DNA of 64,000 nucleotides from Lytechinus pictus (taxonomy: Eukaryota), in the NCBI RefSeq assembly GCF_037042905.1, contig NC_087250.1, positions 11,224,001-11,288,000 on the forward strand, read 5' to 3'. Each line of letters opens with the position of its first letter. Position 1 is the stretch's first letter. The position numbers and the translations under genes are program-made. This document shows positions 26,101-36,395 of this stretch, in pieces. The notes below the pieces were generated by a model, which saw only the letters and a list, made by a program, of their open reading frames with translations, was not told the DNA's origin and made no database searches.

Positions 26101-26575
26101 ATTTTTATTTTTATTCCACCGCAATATCATTACAGTATCTTAGTTTGGAGTTATATTATAATTTTTGAAACAACCGGGTCTGGAAAAAAGACCTTGCCTT
26201 TTGTGCTATATGAACGCATTACTATTTGGTTTTAGTTCTTAGTTTTAAGTAACCGGGTCTGGAGAAAACACTACGCTTGATTTTTAATTTCACTCTTAGT
26301 GCATATATTCACAATGCGCGCCGTATAAGTTAATACAACATCAAATACATATTTATTACATCAGTTTTAAGTAACTTGGTCTGGAGAAAAGACTAAGCTT
26401 GATTCTCATTTTTATTCCACTGGAATATCATCGTATCTTAGTTTGGACTTATATTATAGTTTTTAAAACAACCGGGTCTGGAAAAAAGACTTTGGACTTA
26501 TATCATAATTTTGTAAATAGCCTGGTCTGGAAAAAAGACTTTGCACTTATATTATATTTTTTTAATTAACCGGAT
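23165..26575. repeat. Foldback-like structure: two inverted arrays of diverged ~120-bp tandem units
   Basis: Core agtcttt(t/c)tccagacccggtt on + from ~23178 to ~24505 and its reverse complement from ~24765 to ~26575. The outer parts (23181-23450 vs 26250-26520) are nearly perfect reverse complements. The right arm resumes at 28600-28700. Confidence 0.9.
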
Positions 26576-26578
26576 CTG

Positions 26579-28599
26579 GGGCCCATTTCATAAAGGTATA
26601 GCGTCAGTGTCAAATTTTCACTTGCAGCGTGAAATTTAATATTTGACGCTGCAGCGCATTTCATAAAAAGTTGACGCTCCAATAGGAGCGTCAACTTTTT
26701 ACTGGAAAGTCAAGTATGGTTACTGGAGCGTCAAATAGGGTTAAATATTTGACGCTGGTCATAGGGGAGCGTCAAGTTGACACTGTAAAGGGTTTTTCAT
26801 TGTTAAGAATGGCGTACGTTGTGCTCAGGCATGCCCAAAGGGCTCTTACAAGAGAACGGATATTTAGAGCAATGTCTGTGATAATTAATAATGGTTACAC
26901 TTCGTAATTCCGAAGGTTCGTAATTCCGAAACACGTAAATTGCCTTTACCTCGATGTTCATCAATCAGAAAACGTAGAAGGGTTCGTTAATCCGAACATT
27001 TGTGGCGTTATTCCGAAGGTTCGATAATCTGAAAACGAAATAAGGTTTGTTAATCATTATGTTTTCGGAATCACGAACCTCATTTTGTTTTCGGATTAAC
27101 AAACCTTCGGAATTACAAACCTCACTTTGTTTTCGGACTAACGAACCTTCGGAATAACGAACCCTATTTCGTTTTCGGACTTACGAACTTTCGGAATTAC
27201 GAACCTTCGGAATAATGAACCTTCGGAATATGCAAACCATTGGAATAACGAAGCTTCGGAATTACGAATGTATGCGTTAATAATGCTAATAACATGAATA
27301 AAGAATATATTAAGGGAACGCTTTCTAGTAGAAATGCAGTTTCTTTTTTTTTTGTCCTACCTACCAAAAAAAAAATGTTAAAAAATTCTTCCGAAACAAC
27401 AAATTTTTCAGTTATCACGGGGCAGGCCAAGGAAAAAAAAAGGGAAGTTATAGACAGACTTTAAAAAAAAAAGACAAATGGAGAGGATCTTTTTTCTTGT
27501 AGGAAAAAATAGAGGAAGGTAGATCTATTATGTGGAAGTGTTTAATTTAAAGCCTAAATTAAAAAAGTCCTAGGCCATAATAAAATGATAAAATATTTTT
27601 TTTTCTGTTTCTGACTTTCTCAACAACAAAAAAAGTCGTGGCCATGGCATTGTGGAATCCGTTCACTTTTAAAGTTTAAGTTTACGGTACTGAATGGTTA
27701 TTCGCCGTTGAAACCGATAACTTAAAAATATTTCCATTATGAACAAAAATAATCTTTTAAGGTCATTTTCGATGTTTCATGCATAATTAGAGCCTACAAA
27801 TTTACTTGCTTCAGGGTGATTTTTAATAGCACTGCACCAGCAGTGGCCTGCGCCTGCCTTGTTGTTGATACAACCTTGCATTACCGACACAAATAGTCAA
27901 GTGTGGGACTGGGATGAAAATTGTACGGTAGAAACTTTGTTGAAGGTGAAATTTTGACCGGCAATAATAATAAATTTTCCCCCTTTTTAAAATAATTTTT
28001 TCCCTGGCATAGGGCTAAATTAAATAAATTCTCTGAAAACTTACACAATGGAGAAACAATGCTATGCCATCCTGTGACAAATTTATATTTTCTTCTTACT
28101 CTCTTCTAGAATTGCAAACTATCGCCATAGTCATAGAGCCATCACTCTGCTTCAACTGCTAGTCTTATGCTGCAGACCCTGTTAGCAGCTGCTAAATAAT
28201 AATTTCGCTCCCGAAAAAATTAATAAGCAAAAAAAATATATATATTCTCTTTCAATTTTTGTTCTTCTAATTTTGCTTCTCAAAGGTGGGGGGGGGGGGG
28301 GGAGCACGGGCCGGCTGTGCCCCCCCCCCTGGATCCGCCAGTGCTTTCTACCTAAACTTATGACTTGAATTGAAAACAAAAAAACTGGAGAGAAAAGGGA
28401 TTTCCCCCTAATCAGCCTCGTACATGACTATTCAAATAAATAGCTGGAAAGTCAAGCTGACTTTCCAGCGAATGTGCTTTTATGAAATGCAAAGTTGCTA
28501 TCATAGCCAGTTGCTAGCATAGCAAGCAAAAGCTGCTATTCTACCAGAGTTGCTATGATAGCAACTTGCTATGATAGCAACTCTTTATGAAATGGGCCC
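26579..28599. mobile_element. PIF/Harbinger-type non-autonomous element
   Basis: TIR gggcccatttcataaag / ctttatgaaatgggccc with a 3-bp TSD CTG (26576-26578, 28600-28602). It interrupts a unit of the foldback array. Confidence 0.87.
26890..27277. repeat. Nested element built from inverted arrays of a ~16-bp unit (ttcgtaattccgaagg)
   Basis: The units are on + from 26900 to 27050 and reverse-complemented (ccttcggaattacgaa) from 27060 to 27268. Confidence 0.8.
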
Positions 28600-28687
28600 C
28601 TGGAAAATAGTCTTTGTACTTTTGTGCTATATGAACGCAATACTATAGGATTTTAGTTAAGAACGGATTCGCCAAAACTCCCTTCAA

Positions 28688-28822
28688 ATTTATTACATTT
28701 GTGGGCGATCAAAAATTATTACATTAGTGGGTAAAGTGCATTATTACATTTGTGGGTGAAATTATTACATTCGTGGGTAAAGTGTTATTACATTTGTGGG
28801 TGTTATCACATTTGTGGGTGCA
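28688..28822 (+). repeat. Short tandem repeat of attattacatttgtggg (~20-bp period)
   Basis: About six diverged copies are visible. Confidence 0.8.
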
Positions 28823-28882
28823 ACCCCCCCCCCCCCTAGCACGTTGGTAAGACCATGTTAGAACGCCGATCTGGTGCCTTAA

Positions 28883-28985
28883 CCCTTTGCACGCTGATGT
28901 TGCAATTTTGCACATTCGTACAATGCAGCAATCGTTATACTTATTTTCTCCCCTAACTTCATATTAGAGAAGCTAATAAATGGCA
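28883..28985 (+). mobile_element. piggyBac-like terminal fragment
   Basis: TTAA|ccctttgcacgctgatgttgc. A diverged inverted copy lies at ~19490-19589. The partner terminus was not found. Confidence 0.55.
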
Positions 28986-29116
28986 AACAGACCAGATAAA
29001 TAACTCAAACTTGCTTTGATGATTTATATATATAAACAAATCAATGTTCTAAAACATTTTTTTTAAGGCAATGTCTCATGATAAATTACATTTGAAAGAA
29101 CCCCAAAACAACAAAC

Positions 29117-29358
29117 CTCTTCTTCGTGTTCATTTGCGTCTCTCACTTGAAGAAACAGAACGCTCATGCTATTCTTCAGTGGTCGCACGGGGACATACGG
29201 CGTACAAATAACACGCTTTCCAACGAACACCTCTTCGAGAATAGCCACGATCCAATATTCGGAGAAGTGATTGAAGGAGATATCTAGATCGCTATGTCTT
29301 ACAACACACCTTGGACTAACACCGATGGAAGAAGATATCGCAACAAACTGTTTTGAAG
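29117..29358 (-). CDS. Internal coding exon (242 nt, phase 1/0) with the HFS motif and start of a UPA-like region
   Basis: Acceptor tctccttttatctgacag| and donor gaagag|gtttgt. Translation (A)SKQFVAISSSIGVSPRCVVRHSDLDISFNHFSEYWIVAILEEVFVGKRVICTPYVPVRPLKNSMSVLFLQVRDANEHEEE lies within ORF 29063..29437 and is phase-compatible with the ZU5 exon. Confidence 0.87.
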
Positions 29359-29849
29359 CTGTCAGATAAAAGGAGACAACCAATATAAAATGTAGATAGA
29401 AACATATAAAATTCCTGATATACAGTATCTGTAACATGTCACATTTCTGTTAAAGAAAAGCTGTAAAAACACGGCTAGAAACATTAAGAAGTCTATTGTA
29501 TAATGACAGATTTGCAAGCAAATTTTGTGTTCAAATAATGTTTGCATAAAAAGGGAAGAAGTGCATACAATTTGATAAATAGTTAGAATTTAATAGTTTC
29601 AATTGAATGATTACTCTTTACATACAGGTATTATTATAGTTTGTGTATGTGTCGCGATACTTCAATAATTTCATTTTTTGGTTAATGCATGTTTAAAGAT
29701 GACTAATCAGCCATACCCATTTTTTCAAAGTGAGAACTTGTGCAGACATTTTACTTAGAGTTCACAAATAAGAATTGGGCACATTAAAACATTAGTGATT
29801 CTCTCAAGAAGAGAGGTTATACATATTGTTAACAATATACTATCAAACA

Positions 29850-30290
29850 AGGGTTTGATGGTATTCCAAACTTCCTGCTAAAGAGAATAATCTTGGCTGT
29901 CGTCGATCATTTGATTCATATCTTTAATACTTCTTTGAACACAGGAAGTGCACGCGTTTATTGTTTATTTTTTTGCTGAAAGCCGCCCAAGTAATCATGC
30001 TTTTCCAAATTAAGTTTGATAACCAACTCGTCTCAAATTAACGTCCAATGTCGTTCCTAACCTTTTATAAAAACATATTTGGAGTGAGAACCGTGATCAT
30101 ACACGAACAAGCACCTTCTTAATATGAAAAAAAATGTATATATATTTTCGAACTTCCTTTTGGGCTTCGCCAAAAAATCAGAAAACTTCGGATGCAATTC
30201 TTTTTCTGTTTCATGGATTTCTCCGAGGCATTCGACATCATTAACCACGAATTATTCTTCCGCATAAATTATTTAATTATGGCATTAGGG
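29850..30290 (+). mobile_element. Decayed LINE reverse transcriptase fragment
   Basis: Remnants FDGIPNFLLKRII..VDHLIHIFNTSLNTG and FMDFSEAFDIINHEL. Confidence 0.75.
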
Positions 30291-30396
30291 GGGAAGGCGT
30301 CAATCAGGATAGGTTGTAGGGGGGCTTTGGGGACTAATAAATTGACAATGATTGACCTACTCTCAAATTTTTAATCCAAAATTGTTGCCAGTTTAA

Positions 30397-31061
30397 CCCT
30401 AAAAAACTGGGCTATTTTAAAAGTATTAAAGACTGGGGGCATCATTCCCCCCCCCCCCCCTTCTGATCTCGGCCGCCGTTCGCGGGATCGCGCCGAATTT
30501 CGGCACGCACATTCTTTACTGCATAAAGTACAAGGTAGTATTAAAAAAATAGAAAATAACGATTTTTTTATTATTATGAATAAAATATGCAAATTTATTC
30601 ATGAAAAACATTTTCATATTTTACAGCCTATTTCATTTCAAATTTCCTTCTTTTTTTGCAGAGGTCATCTTTGTAATCTCATATAAAGGGTTTCCAAAAA
30701 AAAATCGCGAAAGCCAACTTTACCTTAACATGTATTTCTTTGTTTTTAAAAATTCTTATGCATTTCTTTGTTTTTTATGTTTTGTTTTTCATTGTTTTTT
30801 CAATGTAAATTATTACAAACCATTCGAAAACTGAATTAAACTCTAAATTATTTAAGCAGACCAATTAAACGAAAAATTATCACCCTTTTATGAATTTCAT
30901 CTCCCTTAAACTTTGTACACAAAAAATTAAAATGAGCCTTTCACCAAAAAAGTTGCGCGAGATAAAAAAAAGTCATAAATTTCTGCCGCGCTATCTTTTT
31001 GCGTTTCTGAAATATCGCGCGAAGGGTTGGGGGGGGGGGTGCTCCCCCAGTCGTCTTAGGG
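30397..31061. mobile_element. piggyBac-type MITE
   Basis: TTAA|ccctaaaaaactggg ... cccagtcgtcttaggg|TTAA. Confidence 0.85.
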
Positions 31062-32544
31062 TTAATTTTTAATCGTACAGACTTACTAATGGGCTCAAAT
31101 ATATTCTCAATTACGCTCATTTAATGATGGACAATGCTGTGCAAAAAAATTACTTATTACGCATGAAACAGACACAAACGGCCATTTTGGAGAAAGTGAT
31201 TTTGTATGATTTGCTCTATAAATCGGTTTAACATAATGCTCAATGAGGGAGTAATAGAGGATGATACAAAAAAATATCTAAGTGGTAAACCTAGCCTTGA
31301 TCTCCTAGTCAGAAAATAATGACATTTAAATATCCAAAATGGAAACCGGCGTCCATTTTGAAGAAAGTGAATTTTGAAATATTATCAAAACTTGAAAGTG
31401 GATATGTATCATGAAATGTTAGCATGATGGTAATCATTTTATATTAATGATTTTTTTTGTACGAGTTTCGTGTAACATGATTATGGACGAAGATCATTTT
31501 GACCGTGTTGTATTATAAATGACATCATACATTTGAAAGTAGATGAATAATTTCATGGAAACTGGACCAATAGGAAATCAAGTATCAGTGAATCTCCTAC
31601 CTGGATATCAGGTCACATAATCAAGGTCAAATGGGAAAGCGTCCATGTACTTACACCATATTGGTGACATCCGCATCGAAACCTTAACGATTTTTTTTAC
31701 ATGCGTCGTGTATCCTAAAGTATGCTAACCTATATCATACAATCTGGACATATGGGTAAATCTCTGATTTCCATGCAAATGTTTCAGGTAACAAAGTTCA
31801 ATGAACTTTGACCAAATTGTAAGGTCAACATTCGAAATTATGATAACGGGCAATCTAACTCAAATAAATAAATAATAACCAAAAAATATTTCAGGGGAAA
31901 AAGAAAAATCAGAAAACAGAATGGTCGATCCGTGAAAATTTGAACAAAATCGGACAAACAACAATAATGATGATGATAATTAATGATAATAATAAAAATA
32001 ATAAGGCATTTTTTGTATAGCGCATATCCGATATCATATAAAGTTACTACGTTTTTCCAAAGGAATTGGATATTACAAAAAAGTCATGAATCTTAGAAAT
32101 GTATAAAAATCGATAATCATTATACCAATGAGACTTCAATATGGCAGCATTTGTGATGTCAGAGTGATGTAAGGCAAATACTACTTTTCCATTTGTTCAA
32201 ATCCATAAAATAGTTTTTTTTTTTTTTCAAAACGTTTAGTTCAAATTACTTTGTCTTTCACGAGGACATGAATCAATACGCTACCTGAATTATTTTTTTT
32301 GTATTACTGTCCCCTGGAAATAGTTACTTAGGAAAAAAACAATGAATTTGTGAGGGCTAAGGTGCCACAATTTTGATTTTAGATATTTATATTTCCGAAA
32401 ACCCTTTCAAGACGGTCATTTTGAAACATCCAATATGGTGGCAATATAGGGGTCGGTGCTCACACCCTAACGTTTACAAAATGTTAGAGATTTTGAAAAC
32501 ATTATAAACTAAGTTATGCTTTGATTCATTCAGGTAAAATACGA

Positions 32545-33062
32545 ATTACGAACAGAAATAAATTTCATCATCTGCGCTTACTGGTTTAAAACGGAGAACA
32601 GTTTCACGTCCGATCCGGCATCATTTTCTTCAGCTCATCTGAACTGGTTGGAAATCGTCGTTGCCGCTTGGAGGCGACGCACAATCGATTGTCGTTGAGA
32701 CGTCGAGGATTTTTTTTCGGATTACAGGGTTGTCATTCCGAGAGAAGCTATGTCGTAATCCCCTCCTATGTTGAGGAAGGGGTTCTCCGCGGTGACGTAG
32801 ACTACTTTGCGGACCCCCTCTCAAACCATTTAGGTTCTTTATTTTGAATGAGCACATTTTGCCTTTGAAATTGTGTTTAGATATGTTTAGGTGTTCCTCG
32901 ACTTCTCAAAGACAATAAAATCGATTGTGCGTCGCCACCAAACAGCAACGACGATTTCCAGCCAGTTCAGACGAGCTGAAGAAGCTTCCCGGATCGGACG
33001 TGAAACTGTTCTCCGTTTTAAACAAGTAAGTCCTGATGATCAGATTTAATTCTATTCGTAGT
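32545..33062. mobile_element. MITE-like inverted repeat, arms ~150 bp
   Basis: tttaaaacggagaacagtttcacgtccgatccgg...gcgacgcacaatcgatt mirrors aatcgattgtgcgtcgc...ccggatcggacgtgaaactgttctccgttttaaa. TSD not resolved. Confidence 0.8.
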
Positions 33063-33633
33063 TAACAGATTTTATATCTGTCAAATAAAAACTGTCCCCA
33101 AATTAGAACATAGTGAGCCAGACTAGATGGGTGGTTCCCACCAATAAATGGGTGATATTTAGTCAGCCCTATTTAGTTTTTGTATTATATTTCATGCATT
33201 AACATAATACAGTTACAGGTAAGGGAAACTTCAGCCAAGCAAAATAAAACCAGTAGAATATTCCAATTACGATAATAATTACAACGTGATATCAAATTAA
33301 TGCGAATTTCGATTGGCAATACTCAATTCAGAATGTTGCTTTTGCTAGGCCCGTTTCCTTCCAGTTGTGGCAAGCCATTTTTGACATCCCTGACAAATAA
33401 AGGTTAGTGTTTGGTTATGCATTAATAACAGAATGACGATTTGGCGTCATCTTATACATAAGTTTTTCCACACAAATAAAATGAAAGTAAACAAATTATC
33501 CATCATAAAGTCTTTAAATTGATTCTCATTGATTCTCTATCATTATATCATATTCTTTACCCCTGAAATGTATTCTGTTTAATATTGGAACGAAATATAA
33601 CATTTGATGTTTATGTTAATAAGAAGTGTTTAC

Positions 33634-33969
33634 CACTTTGTCGATAATATGAAACGATTTCCACCTTCTCTGGCTTTGTGAACCTGCCACAGTGGGGCAT
33701 CGTTATTTCAACAGGGTGTCCAAAGACTGCATCAGAAGGCAACCTTATCTCCAAGCCGACTGTAATTATGGCTTCATTTTCTTTAATCAACAGCTCAGGT
33801 GGGACATCCGTTATTGCGTTGACAATAAAATCCTTTGCACTGTAAGCTTCATTTCTTGGAATTCGAACTTCAATACCATGATTCTCGAGTCGAATTGTGT
33901 CAGGATCATCATTTGATTCTTCGCTGATTTGTAGACTTTTTCGAGTGCTAAACGAACCAACATTTCTTC
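33634..33969 (-). CDS. Internal coding exon (336 nt, phase 1/1) encoding a ZU5 domain; first visible exon of a ZU5-HFS-UPA (UNC5CL/PIDD-like) gene
   Basis: Acceptor ...ctgttttaaaag| and donor agtg|gtaaac. Manual translation is stop-free: (G)RNVGSFSTRKSLQISEESNDDPDTIRLENHGIEVRIPRNEAYSAKDFIVNAITDVPPELLIKENEAIITVGLEIRLPSDAVFGHPVEITMPHCGRFTKPEKVEIVSYYRQS. It shows ZU5 hallmarks L-x3-GI-x-V-x-IP and F-x2-PV-x-I-x2-PHC. Confidence 0.88.
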
Positions 33970-35133
33970 CTTTTAAAACAGAATATTTAATACATTATTT
34001 AGAAGATATAACAAGAATAAAAAAAAGACATTGAGGAATATTTCCAAAAACGTTCTTCGAAACGTACTTGGAACTATTTGTATGGTTTTAGAGGTTGGTC
34101 TGATTTAAAATAAGTAATTTTGGAGAATTAACAAATAAAATTGTTTCATTGTCAGTACACTAAATATCAATGGATTTTTTTCGTACTTAAACTCCGGGTT
34201 AATCAAGGTGACATTACGTTGTATTGAACATATCAAATTTCATGAATATTTTTTTCCATTGATGTATTGAATAGACAGGAATCAAGCTTGATATTGACAT
34301 TCCTCTAAGGAATATTCCAAAGTACATTAAAACATTAATACACGAACGTGTATACTTAATGGCTGTCAAATGAGATAGGTAAAAAATAAACAAAATCAAG
34401 AATATAAACACATTAAAGAACATTTTCGAAAACGTACTTTGAGTCGTACTTAAAACTATTCGTATGGTGTTAGAGGTTGGTCTGATTTTAAATATGTAAT
34501 TTTAGAGAATCGAAAAATATAATTATTATATTGTCATGAGACTTTCAATCAATTAATTTTTGCTTGTACTTATACTGTAGTTAATCAAGGTGACTGTTCG
34601 TCGTGTTTAATATATCTGATATCATGAAGGAATCTTTTTTGTTGATATATTGAATATTCAGAAATCAAGCTTATAGACATTATTTAAAGAATAGTAAAGA
34701 ATATATTAAAATTTAAATGCATTAGGGTGTATATTCACATTATGTCAATTAAGATGAGGAAAAAGAGAAAGAGTTACAAGAATTTAAAGACAGTAAGGAA
34801 TATTTTCAAAACCGAACTTAGAAACGTACTTGGAACTATTCGTATTGTTCTAGAGGTTAGTTAGATTTGAAATAAGTAGATTTTGATGATTGAAAATTAG
34901 AATTATTTTATTATCATTCTATTAAATATCAATTGATCTTTGTTCGTACTTCTACCATGGTTAATCAAGGTGATTGAACGTTGTATTAAACGTATCTGAT
35001 TACATGAAGAAACTTTTTCCGCTGATATATTGAATACACAAAAATCAATCCTATTTAAATTTATCTAAAGAATAGTCGAAAATACATTAACATATAAATG
35101 CATTAAGGTGTATACTCACATGCTGTCATTTAA

Positions 35134-36395
35134 AGATAAATGCCAGTTGTGGTAACGATCTCAAAATGTTCTTTTTACAGAATCTAATATAATGACCACC
35201 CTAGTTTTTGTTAGTATGAATAACAAAAATTGTGCTAAAGGATTTTGAAAGATATTGCGTAATTGCTGAGAAATAAGCAAAATAAGCACGGATTTGGTCA
35301 CTTCCGTCGAGTCTTTATTGTAGCAATAGTAATACACAGTCCCACCTGTGCCTATCTGTGTTGGCGATCTTTAGTGTGATCGTTTTTCAGCTTAGATTTT
35401 ATGATTTCACCAAGTTCAGTTTATAATAATAATAATGGGTATTTAGAGGCGCTAAAAACAAAAAGTACCATAGCGCGTACAATGTAGGAATAACAATTTA
35501 ACATTTGCAATAATTACTACAATATTTAACATAAAAAGGGAAATTAATTATTGAGGAAAAAGGTATGTCTTAAGGGAAGATCTGAAGCCAAGAACACTGG
35601 AAGCATTTCTTATTGAAAGAGGGATAGTATTCCAAGTCTTGGCAGCTGCTACAGCAAACCGTTTTTCGGCAGAGGAGGGTTTTGACAAGGGAATGCAAAG
35701 TCTGCATGTGTCAGTGATTGAAAGAAGATTACGAGAGGGTGTGTATAATTTGATGGTATTATTAGGATATTCAGGTGCTAGATGATTTAGAGTTTTGTAT
35801 ACATATAAACAGACTTTAAACTAAATACGTTGGAATAGAGGTAGCCAGTGGAGTTCCTTAAGTAGGGGTGTAGTGTGAGTTCGGGATCCAAAGCCAAAAA
35901 TTAATCGAGCGGCACGATTCTGAATAACCTCAAGTTTTGTTCTATCTCTAGCTGACAAAACAATATATAAACTATTACAGTAATCTAACCGAGAAAGAAT
36001 AAGTGCTCGCACAGCATGGTGACATGTCTTAAGATCAATGAATCTACGAATCCTCCACAAATTGCTGAGATGATAATTACAATTACGGACAACCTGATTT
36101 ACTTGAGCAGACAGTGTGAACATGTTATCAATGCATACTCCAAGAACAGTAGTTTTAGTGGAGATGGGGATGCATTGACCATTAACATTAAGCTGAATAT
36201 GTGATATTGATTGCAGATGGCGGGCAGAAGAACAGAGAGCTATGAATTCAGTTTTGCTATTATTCAGCTGGAGATAATTAGATGATTTATGTAACTGTAC
36301 CAGATCTAGATCCACGATGATATAGTAATACTAATATTGGTTTTACATACTTTCTCACGAAATCGGTGTTTTACTGCAACTACTTTTATTTAGCT
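35134..36395. mobile_element. Kolobok-like non-autonomous DNA transposon inserted in the satellite
   Basis: It interrupts the monomer motif ctgtca(a/t)TTAAgatgagg. It is flanked by TTAA (35130-35133) and TTAC (36396-36399). Imperfect TIRs: agataaatgccagttgtggtaa / ttactgcaactacttttatttagct. Confidence 0.72.
35425..36285 (-). mobile_element. 5'-truncated L2/CR1-group LINE (ORF2 C-terminus with a premature stop, 3' UTR and (TTA)n tail) nested in the Kolobok-like element
   Basis: ORF 35821..36315 has LQLNNSKTE, LGVCID, LILSRLDYCNSL and LHWLP. The reading continues past the TAG (FKVCLYVYKTL...TWNTIP...LKTYLF). The 3' end has gcgct..agcgc followed by ATT repeats. Possible tttat duplication. Confidence 0.9.

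Noticed and set aside
23178..26575. CRISPR-like look of a conserved core with variable spacers
   Set aside because: The spacers are ~100 bp and homologous to one another, there are no cas genes, and the context is eukaryotic.
33213..33218. Possible 6-nt plus-strand microexon (tacag|TTACAG|gtaagg)
   Set aside because: Weak pyrimidine tract and too short to distinguish from chance without reads.
33300..33389. Possible extra minus-strand exon after the ZU5 exon
   Set aside because: It has an in-frame stop in the required phase, and the ZU5 exon already joins 29358 cleanly.
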